Below are positions 13,420 through 24,855 of a DNA stretch of 64,000 nucleotides, one piece after another (position 1 is the stretch's first letter; each line of letters starts with the position of its first letter). The stretch spans positions 6,386,001-6,450,000 of the forward strand of contig NC_043012.1 in the NCBI RefSeq assembly GCF_006345805.1, written 5' to 3'. The translations under genes were made by a program, and so were the position numbers. Source of the DNA: Octopus sinensis (lineage: Eukaryota). The notes beneath the pieces are model-generated. The model was not told the DNA's origin. It saw only the letters and a list, made by a program, of their open reading frames with translations, and did no database searches.

Positions 13420-13588
13420 TAATAATAATAATAATTACATGGAAAAATAACTTAGGAATGAGAACCCAGGTTCGAAATTTTCCGAAGACACCTGATGAAG
13501 GCTGGAGGGAATATATCAGCCGAAGTGTTGTGTTAACAACAAACAAGATGAGGACAAATATCTGTCAAATGTAAATAATGTAAATAAT
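13271..13588 (+). mobile_element. tRNA-head/(AAT)n/hammerhead-tail SINE-like element, right copy
   Basis: A-box TGGCATAGTGG (13277), B-box GAGTTCGATTCC (13320), (AAT)n, then GACAC-CTGATGA-A-GGCTG..CAGCC-GAAGTGTT-GTGTT. Confidence 0.75.
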
Positions 13589-14039
13589 GTTCGTTTTTGA
13601 TAGGACATTATAAATGTACTCTTCTTTTTTTTTGCTTTTCAAAATGCTAGGATGTGTTTTGATGGTGATTTGGCTATGATTTCTAGCATGTTGAGCAACT
13701 TCATAGAAACCTCCTTGTTGTGTGGTAGTGTTGGTGATGGTAGTAAGGCAGAGGAGAGATGAGTAATTAGTTATCAATTAATTGTAATTCTGAAGATTTT
13801 CCATTTTACAAAGGACTAAAAACCTACATATCATGTGTATGCATGCCTATATATGGGTGTTTAAGAATGTATATATAGATAAATATATATATATATATTT
13901 TATCTTTCAACTTTTACTTGTCCCAGAACACGTTTTTGCAAACCTCAGACTGCGGCCATGCTCTATACAGCACATTATGTGTGTGTTGTGTGTGTATGGG
14001 TGTGTGCATGTGTGTTTTTGTATATATATGTATATATAT

Positions 14040-14184
<145 letters not shown>

Positions 14185-14262
14185 ATGTGTGTGTGTATGT
14201 ATGATTTAGTATAGTCTCCAAGGCTGGTAAAGTTGCTACTCTGCTTATATAAACAAGAGTAC

Positions 14263-14307
<45 letters not shown>

Positions 14308-14352
14308 CTATATATATATATGCGTGTGTGAGTGTGTGAATAAACACACACT

Positions 14353-14394
<42 letters not shown>

Positions 14395-15096
14395 TGTTTA
14401 CATATTCTGCAAGCATACAATTACAACTGTGTGCACATGTGTGTGTGTATTTATGTATGTATGTATGTATGTATGTGTAGCGATATTATAACGTGTTTAA
14501 ATTGAAAATATCGTTTTGCAAAGCTCAGATGCGAGACTCAGGTGGTGTGAGTTTTAATGTCCTTCACGAATCTTTTAAGAAAATTAAGATGCATGGATTG
14601 AGGGTAATTAAAAATATTCATTCATTGAATTGAAGATTGCCATGACACAAGGTGCTTTTTATTATTTTTTATCTTAAGAAGTCTTGCATTTATTAATGAG
14701 TAAAGAATAAAGATGCAGCAGAGAATGAATAAATGATAATGCGCTTCAGTCTATGATTCAGTACAATACTTACTGGGCGTGTGTATGTGAGGGGGAGGTA
14801 TCTGGAAAAAGAAACCAAGCTTTAAGCAATTTGGCAGGATTTATTATAATTGTTGTTATTTATTTTTTTTTTCAGTTTCTAAGGAAAATAAGCCGAGGAA
14901 AATAGAAAATAAAATAAAATAAAATGTAATATAAAATGAACAAAAAAAGACAAATAAAAAAAATTTACAAAAAAATAATAAATAAATCAATGGAAACAAA
15001 CTCTCAGAGAGAAGAACAATGCAAGAAGTAAAGTAAAAAAAAATAAAGAAATAAAGACATATTGTGTGTGTGTGTGCATGTGTGTGTGCATGTGTG

Positions 15097-15141
<45 letters not shown>

Positions 15142-15343
15142 GGGTACTCGAAGCACCAGCTTGCTAGAGAGTGGAAGTAAAATCCTCCAACTTAACTGCT
15201 AATGTCACTGAAAATATGTAACGGACCAAAAGAAATTGGGCAAACGAGTGGAATTTAACAAATGATCTCTGCTAAAAAGCTGTAGAATTAGGTAACAGAT
15301 ATACCTGGATCAGGATTTTGAATTCTGGCTAGATTTGCCGCTG

Positions 15344-15388
<45 letters not shown>

Positions 15389-15535
15389 TAATAATAATAA
15401 TGATATGTTTACGAGTATTTCTTTTGAACTTTTACTCATTCTTATATATATACGAATATATGTATATTAATATATATATATTTCGTTTTTGGATTTGGTT
15501 TGCAAGACTCTTTATGTGAGTTCGTGTGTTAAATC

Positions 15536-15861
15536 ATATTCTGTGGTGTCTGGTGAGAGTAATTTTCTTTGTGTGCCTTATAATTTAACACACTCACTGG
15601 TAAAATTTCCACTTATTTCTTATTTTTATTCTCCTAAAATTTTCGTTGTGTCTTGCAACATTTTCAGTAGTCTTGACTATTTTCACCTCTTTCTATCTCT
15701 TTCAAATGCTATGCATAGAGTCAAGACTATGGAAAAGGTTGCAAGATGCAACGAAAATTTTAGGAAAATAAAAATAAGAAATAAGTGGAAATTTTACTGG
15801 TGAGTGTGTTAAATTATAAGGCACAAAAAGAATATGACTCTCCCCAGACACAGTAGAATAT
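15536..15861. repeat. Fold-back with 143-bp arms (~90% identical) and a 40-bp loop matching mariner transposase sequence
   Basis: Arms 15536-15678 and 15719-15861. The loop region matches 16842-16885 at 39/44 nt. Confidence 0.85.
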
Positions 15862-15872
15862 ATATATATATA

Positions 15873-17108
15873 TTGGATTGGCAACTAAGTTGCTACCATT
15901 TTCTTTAAATTTTGGAATTTATTGTGTTTTTAAATTTTGGAATCTATTTTGTTTTTTTTTTCTAGTTAATTTTAGTTAATTTTTGTTTATTTTCAGATCA
16001 TTAAAATGGAATATCAAGTTAAGAAAAACAAGCATATTTGACACCTTCTTTTTGCTTTTAATCAAGGTTCTAAGGCCGCAAAAGCTGCTTGTGACATTTG
16101 AGCTGTGTATGGAAAGGATGCCATAACTGAAAGAACCACTCGGGATTGGTATGCCAAGCTCAAAAATGGAAATTTTGATGCACCGCGTTCTGGCCGCCCA
16201 TTTGAGTTCGATGAAAAGCGATTAAACCAAATTTGCATGAAAATTCTCGTCAAACAAGGGAACTAGCAGAGAAAATGGAATGCTCCCACACTGCTATAGA
16301 GAAGCATCTTCACTCAGTGGGAAATTTTCAGAAGTATGGAGCATGGGTTCTGCATGCTTTAAGTGACAACAAAAATCAATGAGCCACAATCTCCGCTGGT
16401 TTGCTTGCTCATCACCGCTCAACTCATTGACATAAGCAGTGATTTCTTTACTGAATCATCACAGGCAATGAAGAATGGTGCCCGTACAACAATATGAAAC
16501 AGCATAAGGAATGGCTTAGCCCCGGTAAACAAGTGATACCATCTGTGAAACAAAATCTTCATCTGCATAAAACAATGTTGTGTGTATGGTGGGACTGGGA
16601 AGGAATTATCCATTACGAATTTCTTGAACGGAACCAAACGGTCAATGCGGAACTCTATGTTCAACAGATGGAATGACTCAACACGGCTATTCAAGAGAAA
16701 AGACCTAATCGGCAGCATGGAGTTCTTCTGCTGCACGACAATGGCAGCCCTCATATCGCCAATATGACCAAGGAAGCAATTCAAACGCATGACTGGAAAG
16801 TACTGCCACATCCGCCGTACTCTCCAGATTTTGCACCAACGGATTTCTACCTCTTTCGATCTCTTTCAAATGCTATGCACAGAGTTTCATTCAATACTGA
16901 TGCAGAATTGAGAGCTTGGCTGGATCAATTTTTTGAGTCAAAATCGGAAGATTTCTACCAACGAGGTATTGAAAATCTTGTTGAACGTTGGGAAGAAGTT
17001 GTAAACAACAAGAGTGAATACATTATTGATTAATTAATTGTTATTTTTTATTAAAATTTTTTAAAATTTAAATTAAAAAAAACAGCGGAAACTTAGTTGC
17101 CAACCCAA
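15873..17108 (+). mobile_element. Full-length (1236 bp) mariner transposon, mellifera-type TIRs, inactive
   Basis: TA|TTGGATTGGCAACTAAGTT ... AACTTAGTTGCCAACCCAA|TA terminal inverted repeats with TA TSD. Confidence 0.95.
16006..17033 (+). pseudogene. Mariner DD34D transposase pseudogene
   Basis: MEYQVKKNKHI*HLLFAF...AVYG...DAPRSGRP...WVLHAL...IITGNEEW...MLCVWWDWEGIIHYEFL...LLHDNGSPH...HPPYSPDFAPTDFYLFRSL...RWEEVV. It has 7 in-frame TGA stops and a frameshift near 16230. Confidence 0.95.
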
Positions 17109-17265
17109 TATATATATGTATGTATATATGTATATGCACATGTCTTTCACCATATCCTTGATTTGACTAAAGCCATAACTAAAATTTGGTATATAGCAAC
17201 CTCTTGGATGTATGCTGAATGTGTGCATGTGCCTCTTTGTGTGTGTATATCACAACAACCACCAC

Positions 17266-17297
<32 letters not shown>

Positions 17298-18560
17298 CCA
17301 CCACCACCACCGTCATCATCATCATCATCATCAACATCATCATCATCATCATCATCATCGTCGTCGTCGTCGTCGTCATCATCATCCTTTAATGGCCATG
17401 TTCCATGTTAGCATGAGTTGGATGGTTTGACAGATTCTGACAAATTCTGGAGACAGCGTCATGCTCCAATGTCTGTTTTGGCATAATTTCTATGGCTGCG
17501 TGACCTTCTTAAAGCCAACCTTTTTACTGTGGGTAAATAGTGAAGTTGCCACGCACACTAAAATGCTATGAAGCTTTCCAACTGAATGGGCTCCAGTCAA
17601 GGGGCAGATGGCCCTTTGGCTGGCTAGGCACTCTGCCATTTATGGCAAAGTGTATTGCAGTTGATCTGATCAGTGGAACATCCTGCTCATGAAATAAACA
17701 TGCAAGTGGCTGAGTACTCCACAGACATACCTAACATTAATGTTATTCTCAGGGAGATTTAGCGTGACTTAGAAAGTGATAAAGCTGGCCCTTTGAATTA
17801 CAGTTACAACTCATTTTTAACCAGCTGAGTGGACTGGAGCAACATGACATAAGGCATCTTACTCAAGGACACTGCATACCCCTGGGAATTGAACTCACAA
17901 AGATGTGATTTTGAGCTAAATACACTAAACACTAAGCTATATGAATTCACTTTTTACAAGAGGATGAAGTGTTAAAGTGAGGAAGAAAGGGCCAGGATAG
18001 AACAGGTTTTCATGCTGTTGAAGACTTATATAGCTTCTCACATTATAGAAAAGAGGGTCAGAGTGGCTGAAGTGGGGCTACAGGGAGACAGAAGCAGTAG
18101 TAATCAGGTGTTATGGTGGACCCTCAAGAGGTGAGAAGAAGTGAGTAGGGAAGGGTTGGTAGAGATTGCACGAGTGTATAGGTGAGTGAGAGATGGTTAG
18201 AGATAGAGAATGGGTAAGAAGGGAAATATAATGAACAAGTGTTGAGGGATTAGATATACCTCTGGTGTTGATGCCACATAAAAATCACTGGTCCTTAGTG
18301 TCAAATAAAAAAAGCATTGGTTCTTGGTGCCACATAAAAAGAACATAGTACACTGTGTAAAGTGGTTGGCATTACAAAGGTTATCCAGTTGTAGAAACCA
18401 TACTAAAATAGATAACGGATCCTGATGTGACTCCTGACTGTACTAGCTCCTATCAATCCATCCAACCCATGTCAGCATGGAAAACAGACGTTAAATGATA
18501 ATGATGATGATGATGATGATGATGCGTGTGTATGTAAATGTGTGTGCAAGTGTGTGTGTA

Positions 18561-18595
<35 letters not shown>

Positions 18596-19791
18596 GTGTG
18601 TGTGTGTGTGTGTTTGCATTAAAAATTTATAATTTCAGTTTTGTCTGAATCACAACTAGGATGACCGGACACTGGCTATTCCTGTCCAGTGGTCAATGGA
18701 CTTCCCATGGTCACATGGTTTGGAATCAAACCAGTGAATGATGAACATTTAAAGAGCATCTGTCGAAAGTTATTGCATAACAATAATTCTCTTTTATAGT
18801 AACCATTCTATTTTAGTATGTAGAATTGTCTGCAAGACTGCAACTGCAGGCTCTTGAAATTCTTATTGAGAAAGTTTCATTTATTAGATGGTCATTGGCA
18901 CAAGAGAAGGGGGGATGTGGTGGGCAGTGGGGCAGTGCTAAACTTAGATTAAATGCAGTGATAATTTGCTATGAATTTGTCTTGGGAAGAACTGGATGTA
19001 AAAATGTAGGGAGGGTAACAAGAGTGGCCTCTGTGTGATTGCCTGATGTGCTAGAAATAGCAGCCGAATCTTCCAAAAATCTTGCACCTTCTTAGCATTT
19101 ACAAAAAGAAATAATAAATAGATGAAGTGATGTTTGGGGCTGGATTGCATCTGATAAGGGGTCTTCTCAATTAGATCTAACACAGGTCTAAACAACAACA
19201 ACAACAACAATAACAACAACAATTTGGATGGAAGGTTATAAGTGGTCACTCACCTGTCCTGCTAGAAATAACAACCAAATCTTTCTCAAAATACACCCTA
19301 TCTACTTATTTTATAAAAAGATGGATATCGTAGTCTTAGATATATGAAAATATGGAATGGTCATTTGATGGAATGTATATGAAAACAGGTTTGCTTTATC
19401 AAAGCTGCCTTGAGGCTAAACAACAATGTAAGAAGGAGCCTGCTAGAAATAGCAGCCAAATCTCCCTCTGATCACATGCTATCATCATACAAAAGGACAT
19501 ATTAGGTAATATTGTCCAATATTTTATAGTAATAAATGCAAAGAAATAACATTGTTCATTCATTTGTTGGTTTCACGTCCATTTTCCAATGGTGGCATAG
19601 GTTGGATGGGTATTTATTTGAAGCAATACTTTTGTCACTAAGTACTTTTCCTGTTGCTACCACAAGGTCCAGATCTTGTCCTGATGTTGTAGCTTGTGTG
19701 CTTCAATGACCTTCAGACCTATGCCAGTGGAGCATATACACACACACACACATACACACATGTTTGTCAGACAGTTTTGTTAGATTCTACC

Positions 19792-19837
19792 AAAACTGTC
19801 TGATGAACGGGAACATGAAACTCTGAGTAACAGTTTT
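19792..19837 (+). ncRNA. Minimal type-I hammerhead ribozyme motif, near-intact
   Basis: Stem I AAAACTGT/ACAGTTTT (8 bp), CTGATGA core, stem II ACG-GGAA-CAT (one mismatch), GAAAC, stem III ACTC-T-GAGT, GUA cleavage triplet. Confidence 0.7.
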
Positions 19838-19868
19838 TGTGATATTTCTACTGCTTTTAATAAAGTAT

Positions 19869-19904
<36 letters not shown>

Positions 19905-20259
19905 GGAGCACTCTGTCAGTTATGATGATGAGGGTCCCAGCTGATACGATCAACGGGAAAGCTTGGTTGTGAAATTAGCGTGCAAATGGCTGAGCACTCC
20001 ACAGACATATGTACCCTTAATGTGTAGTTCTCAAGGAGATTCAGTGTGACACAGAGTGTGACAAGGACGGCCCTTTGAAATACACGTACTATTCATTTTT
20101 GCCACCTGAGTGGACTGGAGCAATGTGAAAAAAAGTGCCTTGCTCAAGGACACAACATGTCGTTGGGAATTGAACTCATGACCTTACAATCATGAGCTGA
20201 ATGCCCTCACCACTAAGCCATGTGCCTTCACACACACACACACACACACACGCACACAC

Positions 20260-20320
<61 letters not shown>

Positions 20321-20332
20321 ATATATATATAT

Positions 20333-20377
<45 letters not shown>

Positions 20378-20905
20378 TATATATATACATGTATTTATTA
20401 TGTATGTGTATATATATATTATATATATATATATATATAAATATATATATATATACATGTATTTTATATGTATGTGTGTATATATATATATATATGAATG
20501 ATAAGATGAGAAAAATAGAGAAGTAATTAATAAATTATTTTTTATTAATTAAGAATTGACAAAGATCCCTTACAGCTGTTTCAATTCCAGACCTTCAGAA
20601 AATTAATTAATTAAATCAAAAATTATTTAAAAGTCGAATCAGAGGTAGTTTAAGATATACAGGATAGGTGTTCAATTCTAGCATGTGGAGTAAATGGCTG
20701 CAAACTGTTTCTCATCTTATTATAATAGATAAATATAAATAAACTACGGTTTATATAGTTACATTGCGGTTGAGTATTAACTGTAATGTTCAACATTCTT
20801 TGCATAGTTAACTAACCAGTACTTTCAGAGGATTATGATATCTCTGTATAAGGTTTGTGACCTTTATTTGTGCTATATATATATATAAAACTACCCTCTC
20901 ACACC

Positions 20906-20957
20906 GTCTCTGATGAAGGGATATTATTAATAAACATACTAGAAATAGCTGTAAGAC
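20906..20957 (+). ncRNA. Hammerhead ribozyme motif, partly decayed
   Basis: GTCT-CTGATGA-AGGGAT...ATACTA-GAAAT-AGCT-GTA-AGAC. Stem I is perfect, stem III palindromic, stem II imperfect. Confidence 0.5.
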
Positions 20958-21134
20958 CTTCTATCTATAAATGCTCTAATATCTATACAGCCTTGGTATT
21001 TTATCTTATTACACAAATATTCTTATATATATATATATATATATCTATCTCTATCTCTATATATATAAATGTATGTACAGATATAGTGATGCAAACAGGA
21101 TAAATAGAACTCAAAATATGAATATATATGTATA

Positions 21135-21256
21135 TTTTTATTAATATTTAGCAGGAGTAACAGAGTGATTTGAGGGCCAAGAGTTTCACAAAACCCTTGC
21201 ACAAAACCCTTGGCCCTTTGAGTTATTTTGATGCTTCTGCAAAATATTAATAAAAA
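21135..21256 (+). ncRNA. Pre-miRNA-like hairpin candidate
   Basis: 52-bp stem with 8 G.U, 1 A.C, 2 A.A, 1 bulge and a 17-nt loop (manual pairing). Confidence 0.4.
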
Positions 21257-21701
21257 AATACACATACCTGAAACCATGGTATATGATCATCTGAATGGCA
21301 TAAACTTTATAGATATTCTTTTTAATTCTTTGTCCATTTCCTTGCATACTGTTATTTCATATTAGTTTGGTGCCTTCTGGCGGATGAACTGAGAGTCTAG
21401 CTCTCATTTCTAAATAGGTTTATGCCCACAGCATCCTTGAGGCTTCGTGCTAATTTTATATTTTATAGCTTATAATGTTATTAAACCTGTGAACCGCCTA
21501 TGTTGCTGCTGTTAATATTATCAATAGAAAATATTTGCCACAAATGGTACTAACAATAGTAACATCTTACTTTGAATGTAAACATTTGAATGTTTTTGCT
21601 CATAAATATATATATATATATAATAAATATTAGGGAATAAATCCAAATTTACAGGGAAAAAAATCAGATTTAGGATTAAATCCAATTTTATAGTAAAATA
21701 T

Positions 21702-21865
21702 TATATAATATTAATTAGAGACAAAACCACTATTTTGCAAAACAAACAAGGAAAGACTTAATCAATACATAAAATTTTAATAAAAAGTAAAAAAAAGTAT
21801 TAAAATTTTATGTATTGATTAAGTCTTTCCTTGTTTGTTTTGCAAAATAGTGGTTTTGTCTCTAA

Positions 21866-21878
<13 letters not shown>
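21702..21878. repeat. Perfect 81-bp inverted repeat with 15-nt loop, at the end of a TA-flanked repeat
   Basis: 21702-21782 is the exact reverse complement of 21798-21878. Confidence 0.95.
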
Positions 21879-21914
<36 letters not shown>

Positions 21915-22628
21915 TACACATATGTGTATGTATAACCAAACCCATGATTCCCTGTATCATTACAGAGAACTTTGGTATGGGAAGCTTTTGTGTGATAAAA
22001 GGATGTCCAAGAAGGATCACAATTAGCAAAGAATTGGAGTAATGATGCAATAAATCACCAGCTCCAAAGAATGGTCCTTTACAGCTACATATATTGAGTA
22101 CTTTTCCTCCCTTCTGTTTGTGTACTCATATGTCTATGTGTATATGTATATGAGTAGAATACACACACACACACACACAGACACACGTAATATAGTATCT
22201 TACGAGTTTATAGGGAGACTATGGAGAAGTAACATTAAGAAGTGTACCATATTTTCCACCATACAAGTCAACATAGTGTACAGTGTAAATATGTAATGTA
22301 AACATTCCAACATCATCACAATCTTTCCAAATCCTACTGTATTTTATATAGAACTGTTGGACCTCCAAAGTTTATTGTGTCATATAAGTTGATCTATATT
22401 GTTTTGGATGTAAATTTTGGTCCAAACAATTTTCGACTTGTTTTCTAGAAAATATGGTAAGAAACATGAAAATTACAGCAAAGTTGCATGATAGTGGTGC
22501 CAGATGTGGCATGCAGACCATCTTATGGCTTCTCTTCCATTTTATGAATTCAGTGTGCACATGTGCATTGTGTGTTCATACTTCTTTTTCTGGTTCCGAC
22601 TCAAAACTGTTTACAGGTCACAACCATC

Positions 22629-22663
22629 TCACAAACCTGCGTTCATAAGGAGCACTTCACGTT
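22629..22663 (-). CDS. Probable terminal coding exon of an unidentified minus-strand gene
   Basis: Long polypyrimidine acceptor (cttcttccttatttcacaactatcag). Reads (K)REVLLMNAGL* or NVKCSL* depending on frame, followed by unique UTR-like sequence. Confidence 0.5.
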
Positions 22664-22740
22664 CTGATAGTTGTGAAATAAGGAAGAAGAGGTGAAGAAA
22701 AAAAGAAGGAGAATGTTAGGAATATGATAGAGCAACTCAC

Positions 22741-22835
22741 TGATGTTGTCATTGTGGTAGTGGTCGCATTGTTCACCGAGGCTAGTTCGAAGCTCTGACA
22801 CTGGGCTTGTGTGGCTGTCGTCGATGTCTTCGTAT
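22741..22835 (-). CDS. 95-nt coding exon of the minus-strand gene
   Basis: Acceptor tttcattatttcctgcccag, donor gtgagt, GC/CpG-rich relative to flanks. Two open frames: YEDIDDSHTSPVSELRTSLGEQCDHYHNDNI and TKTSTTATQAQCQSFELASVNNATTTTMTTS. Confidence 0.7.
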
Positions 22836-23199
22836 CTGGGCAGGAAATAATGAAATAAATTAGACAGAAAATAAATAAATTATAAAATTATTATTATTGG
22901 AAAAAAATAGGTGAGATCAGATGTGGCATGATTGCATTTATTTTATTCATAATATAACTGAAATAAAAAATAATACTGAATGTGATCAATTAAAATATTC
23001 AAATGAACTTTATACACATACATATATACATACATACATACAATACATACATAAATACATACATATATATATATATATATACGTATATATATATATATAT
23101 ATACGTATATATATATATAGTATACGTATATATATATATGTATATATCCACCTACCTATACATATAGTCATTAAATGTTCCTGTTCCAAACTGGCATTT

Positions 23200-23234
<35 letters not shown>

Positions 23235-23296
23235 TATATGTGTGTGTGTATACATATACATATGTATATACACACATATATATTCACGACACTAAC

Positions 23297-23370
23297 TGCC
23301 TGTTAAAGTGCTCAGGATATAACTGTTGTATTTTAACTCCAAATTTCCCATTACACTCGAAAACAGCTGC
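23297..23370 (-). CDS. 74-nt coding exon candidate
   Basis: Acceptor aattttcttcacag, donor gttagt. Both open frames (AAVFECNGKFGVKIQQLYPEHFNR / QLFSSVMGNLELKYNSYILSTLTG) splice in phase to the 95-nt exon. Confidence 0.55.
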
Positions 23371-24820
23371 CTGTGAAGAAAATTCATGTTATTACACAGT
23401 TAATTTCATGTTACAGCTTTGTTGGCTATAATGGTCAAAGAGTATGAAAAAGAGTACAAAAAAAAGAGATATAGCATGAAATTATTTACTTTTAACATCA
23501 TTATATGTATTTCTGAAACAATTATGTAATGATGACCATGTTGTTAAATATTACCCTTGAGACTCAGAAATTTATGTTGTTAGTAAATGATTTCACACCT
23601 CTGTTCTTGCCTCCTACAGTGTGTGCATACATGAATGTGCACATGCTTGTGCGTGCATGCATGTGTGTGTGTATGCTATGTTTGTATGTGAGCGCCATAG
23701 TTCAGCAGTTGACTTGGTCTCTTTGCAAATAGTCTGGCATTTTGACACAAGATAATACTGAATGGGATCAATTAAAAGTTACATTTATGTTGTTTCTCTT
23801 GAAATAGCTCAAAGAATTTGTGATCCTTTTGGAAATATATTTTGATAAGACAGGAAATTTTCTCCTAAGCACTTTCTTGAGAGACAAAATCACTTTTAAT
23901 AAGACCTGTGCTTTTATTCAAATGCAATCTATATTACAAAGAGTCCCAAGCTGAAATAAAGCCTTGTGATACAAATGAAATGCCATATGTGATATATAAT
24001 ATAGCATACATATATCACAGCAGACACCTTGATCAGCAGTTATTGATTGATGAGTATATTTGTATAAAAATTGCCTATACCAACACAACAACGAATTTGA
24101 TTAGTGCCTAGGAAAGTACTGTAATCTTGATATTTATTTGGAGATTCAGTATTGAAGAAGCAAACAATAACCATTACACAGGTAATCATGCACAAAACAT
24201 AAATATTTGAAAAGGATCAAGTTACAACAGTTCCAGTCATTCTGAGAAACACTACATTTTTTATCACATGTGTATACACACACAAGCACACACACACACA
24301 CACACACACACAACACACACACACATATCTGTTTGTGTATGTAGTAGAATGTGTGTATATATATAAATATATATCAGGCATGTGCATTGAGTAATTACTC
24401 AGAGTAGGTAGTTGGCACCCTTTATGTTGTAAAACAGGAAAAAATGAGTGAAACACAGGTGCATGACTGAGTTGAAGGCAGACTTGCTTCTGCCTTTATA
24501 GCACATAAAGAAAATGTTGTTGTAGGAATGTACACAACACATGTACTACAGCAGTATTATGAGTAGATTTAATACTGAGATTGAAAGGCAGGGACGAATT
24601 ATGCCTACCTTATCTACAAAAAAATAAAATATTTTGCATTTTATGCATAGTGATCAGAGTAACCTTCATAATTTTATTGAATTAGGGGCATATTTTGCCA
24701 TAAAAGAAAAATGTTACTATCAAACTATTTGATTGCAGGTAGGCACTGCCTACTTTGCCTACCTAGGTAGCACATCCCTGATATATGTATATATGTATAA
24801 ATATATATATATATATATAC

Positions 24821-24855
<35 letters not shown>

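Noticed and set aside
17179-17430. polyQ/polyH/polyA-S ORFs
   Set aside because: A CAG/CAC/CAT run that is the simple-repeat tail of a SINE-D copy, with no splice context
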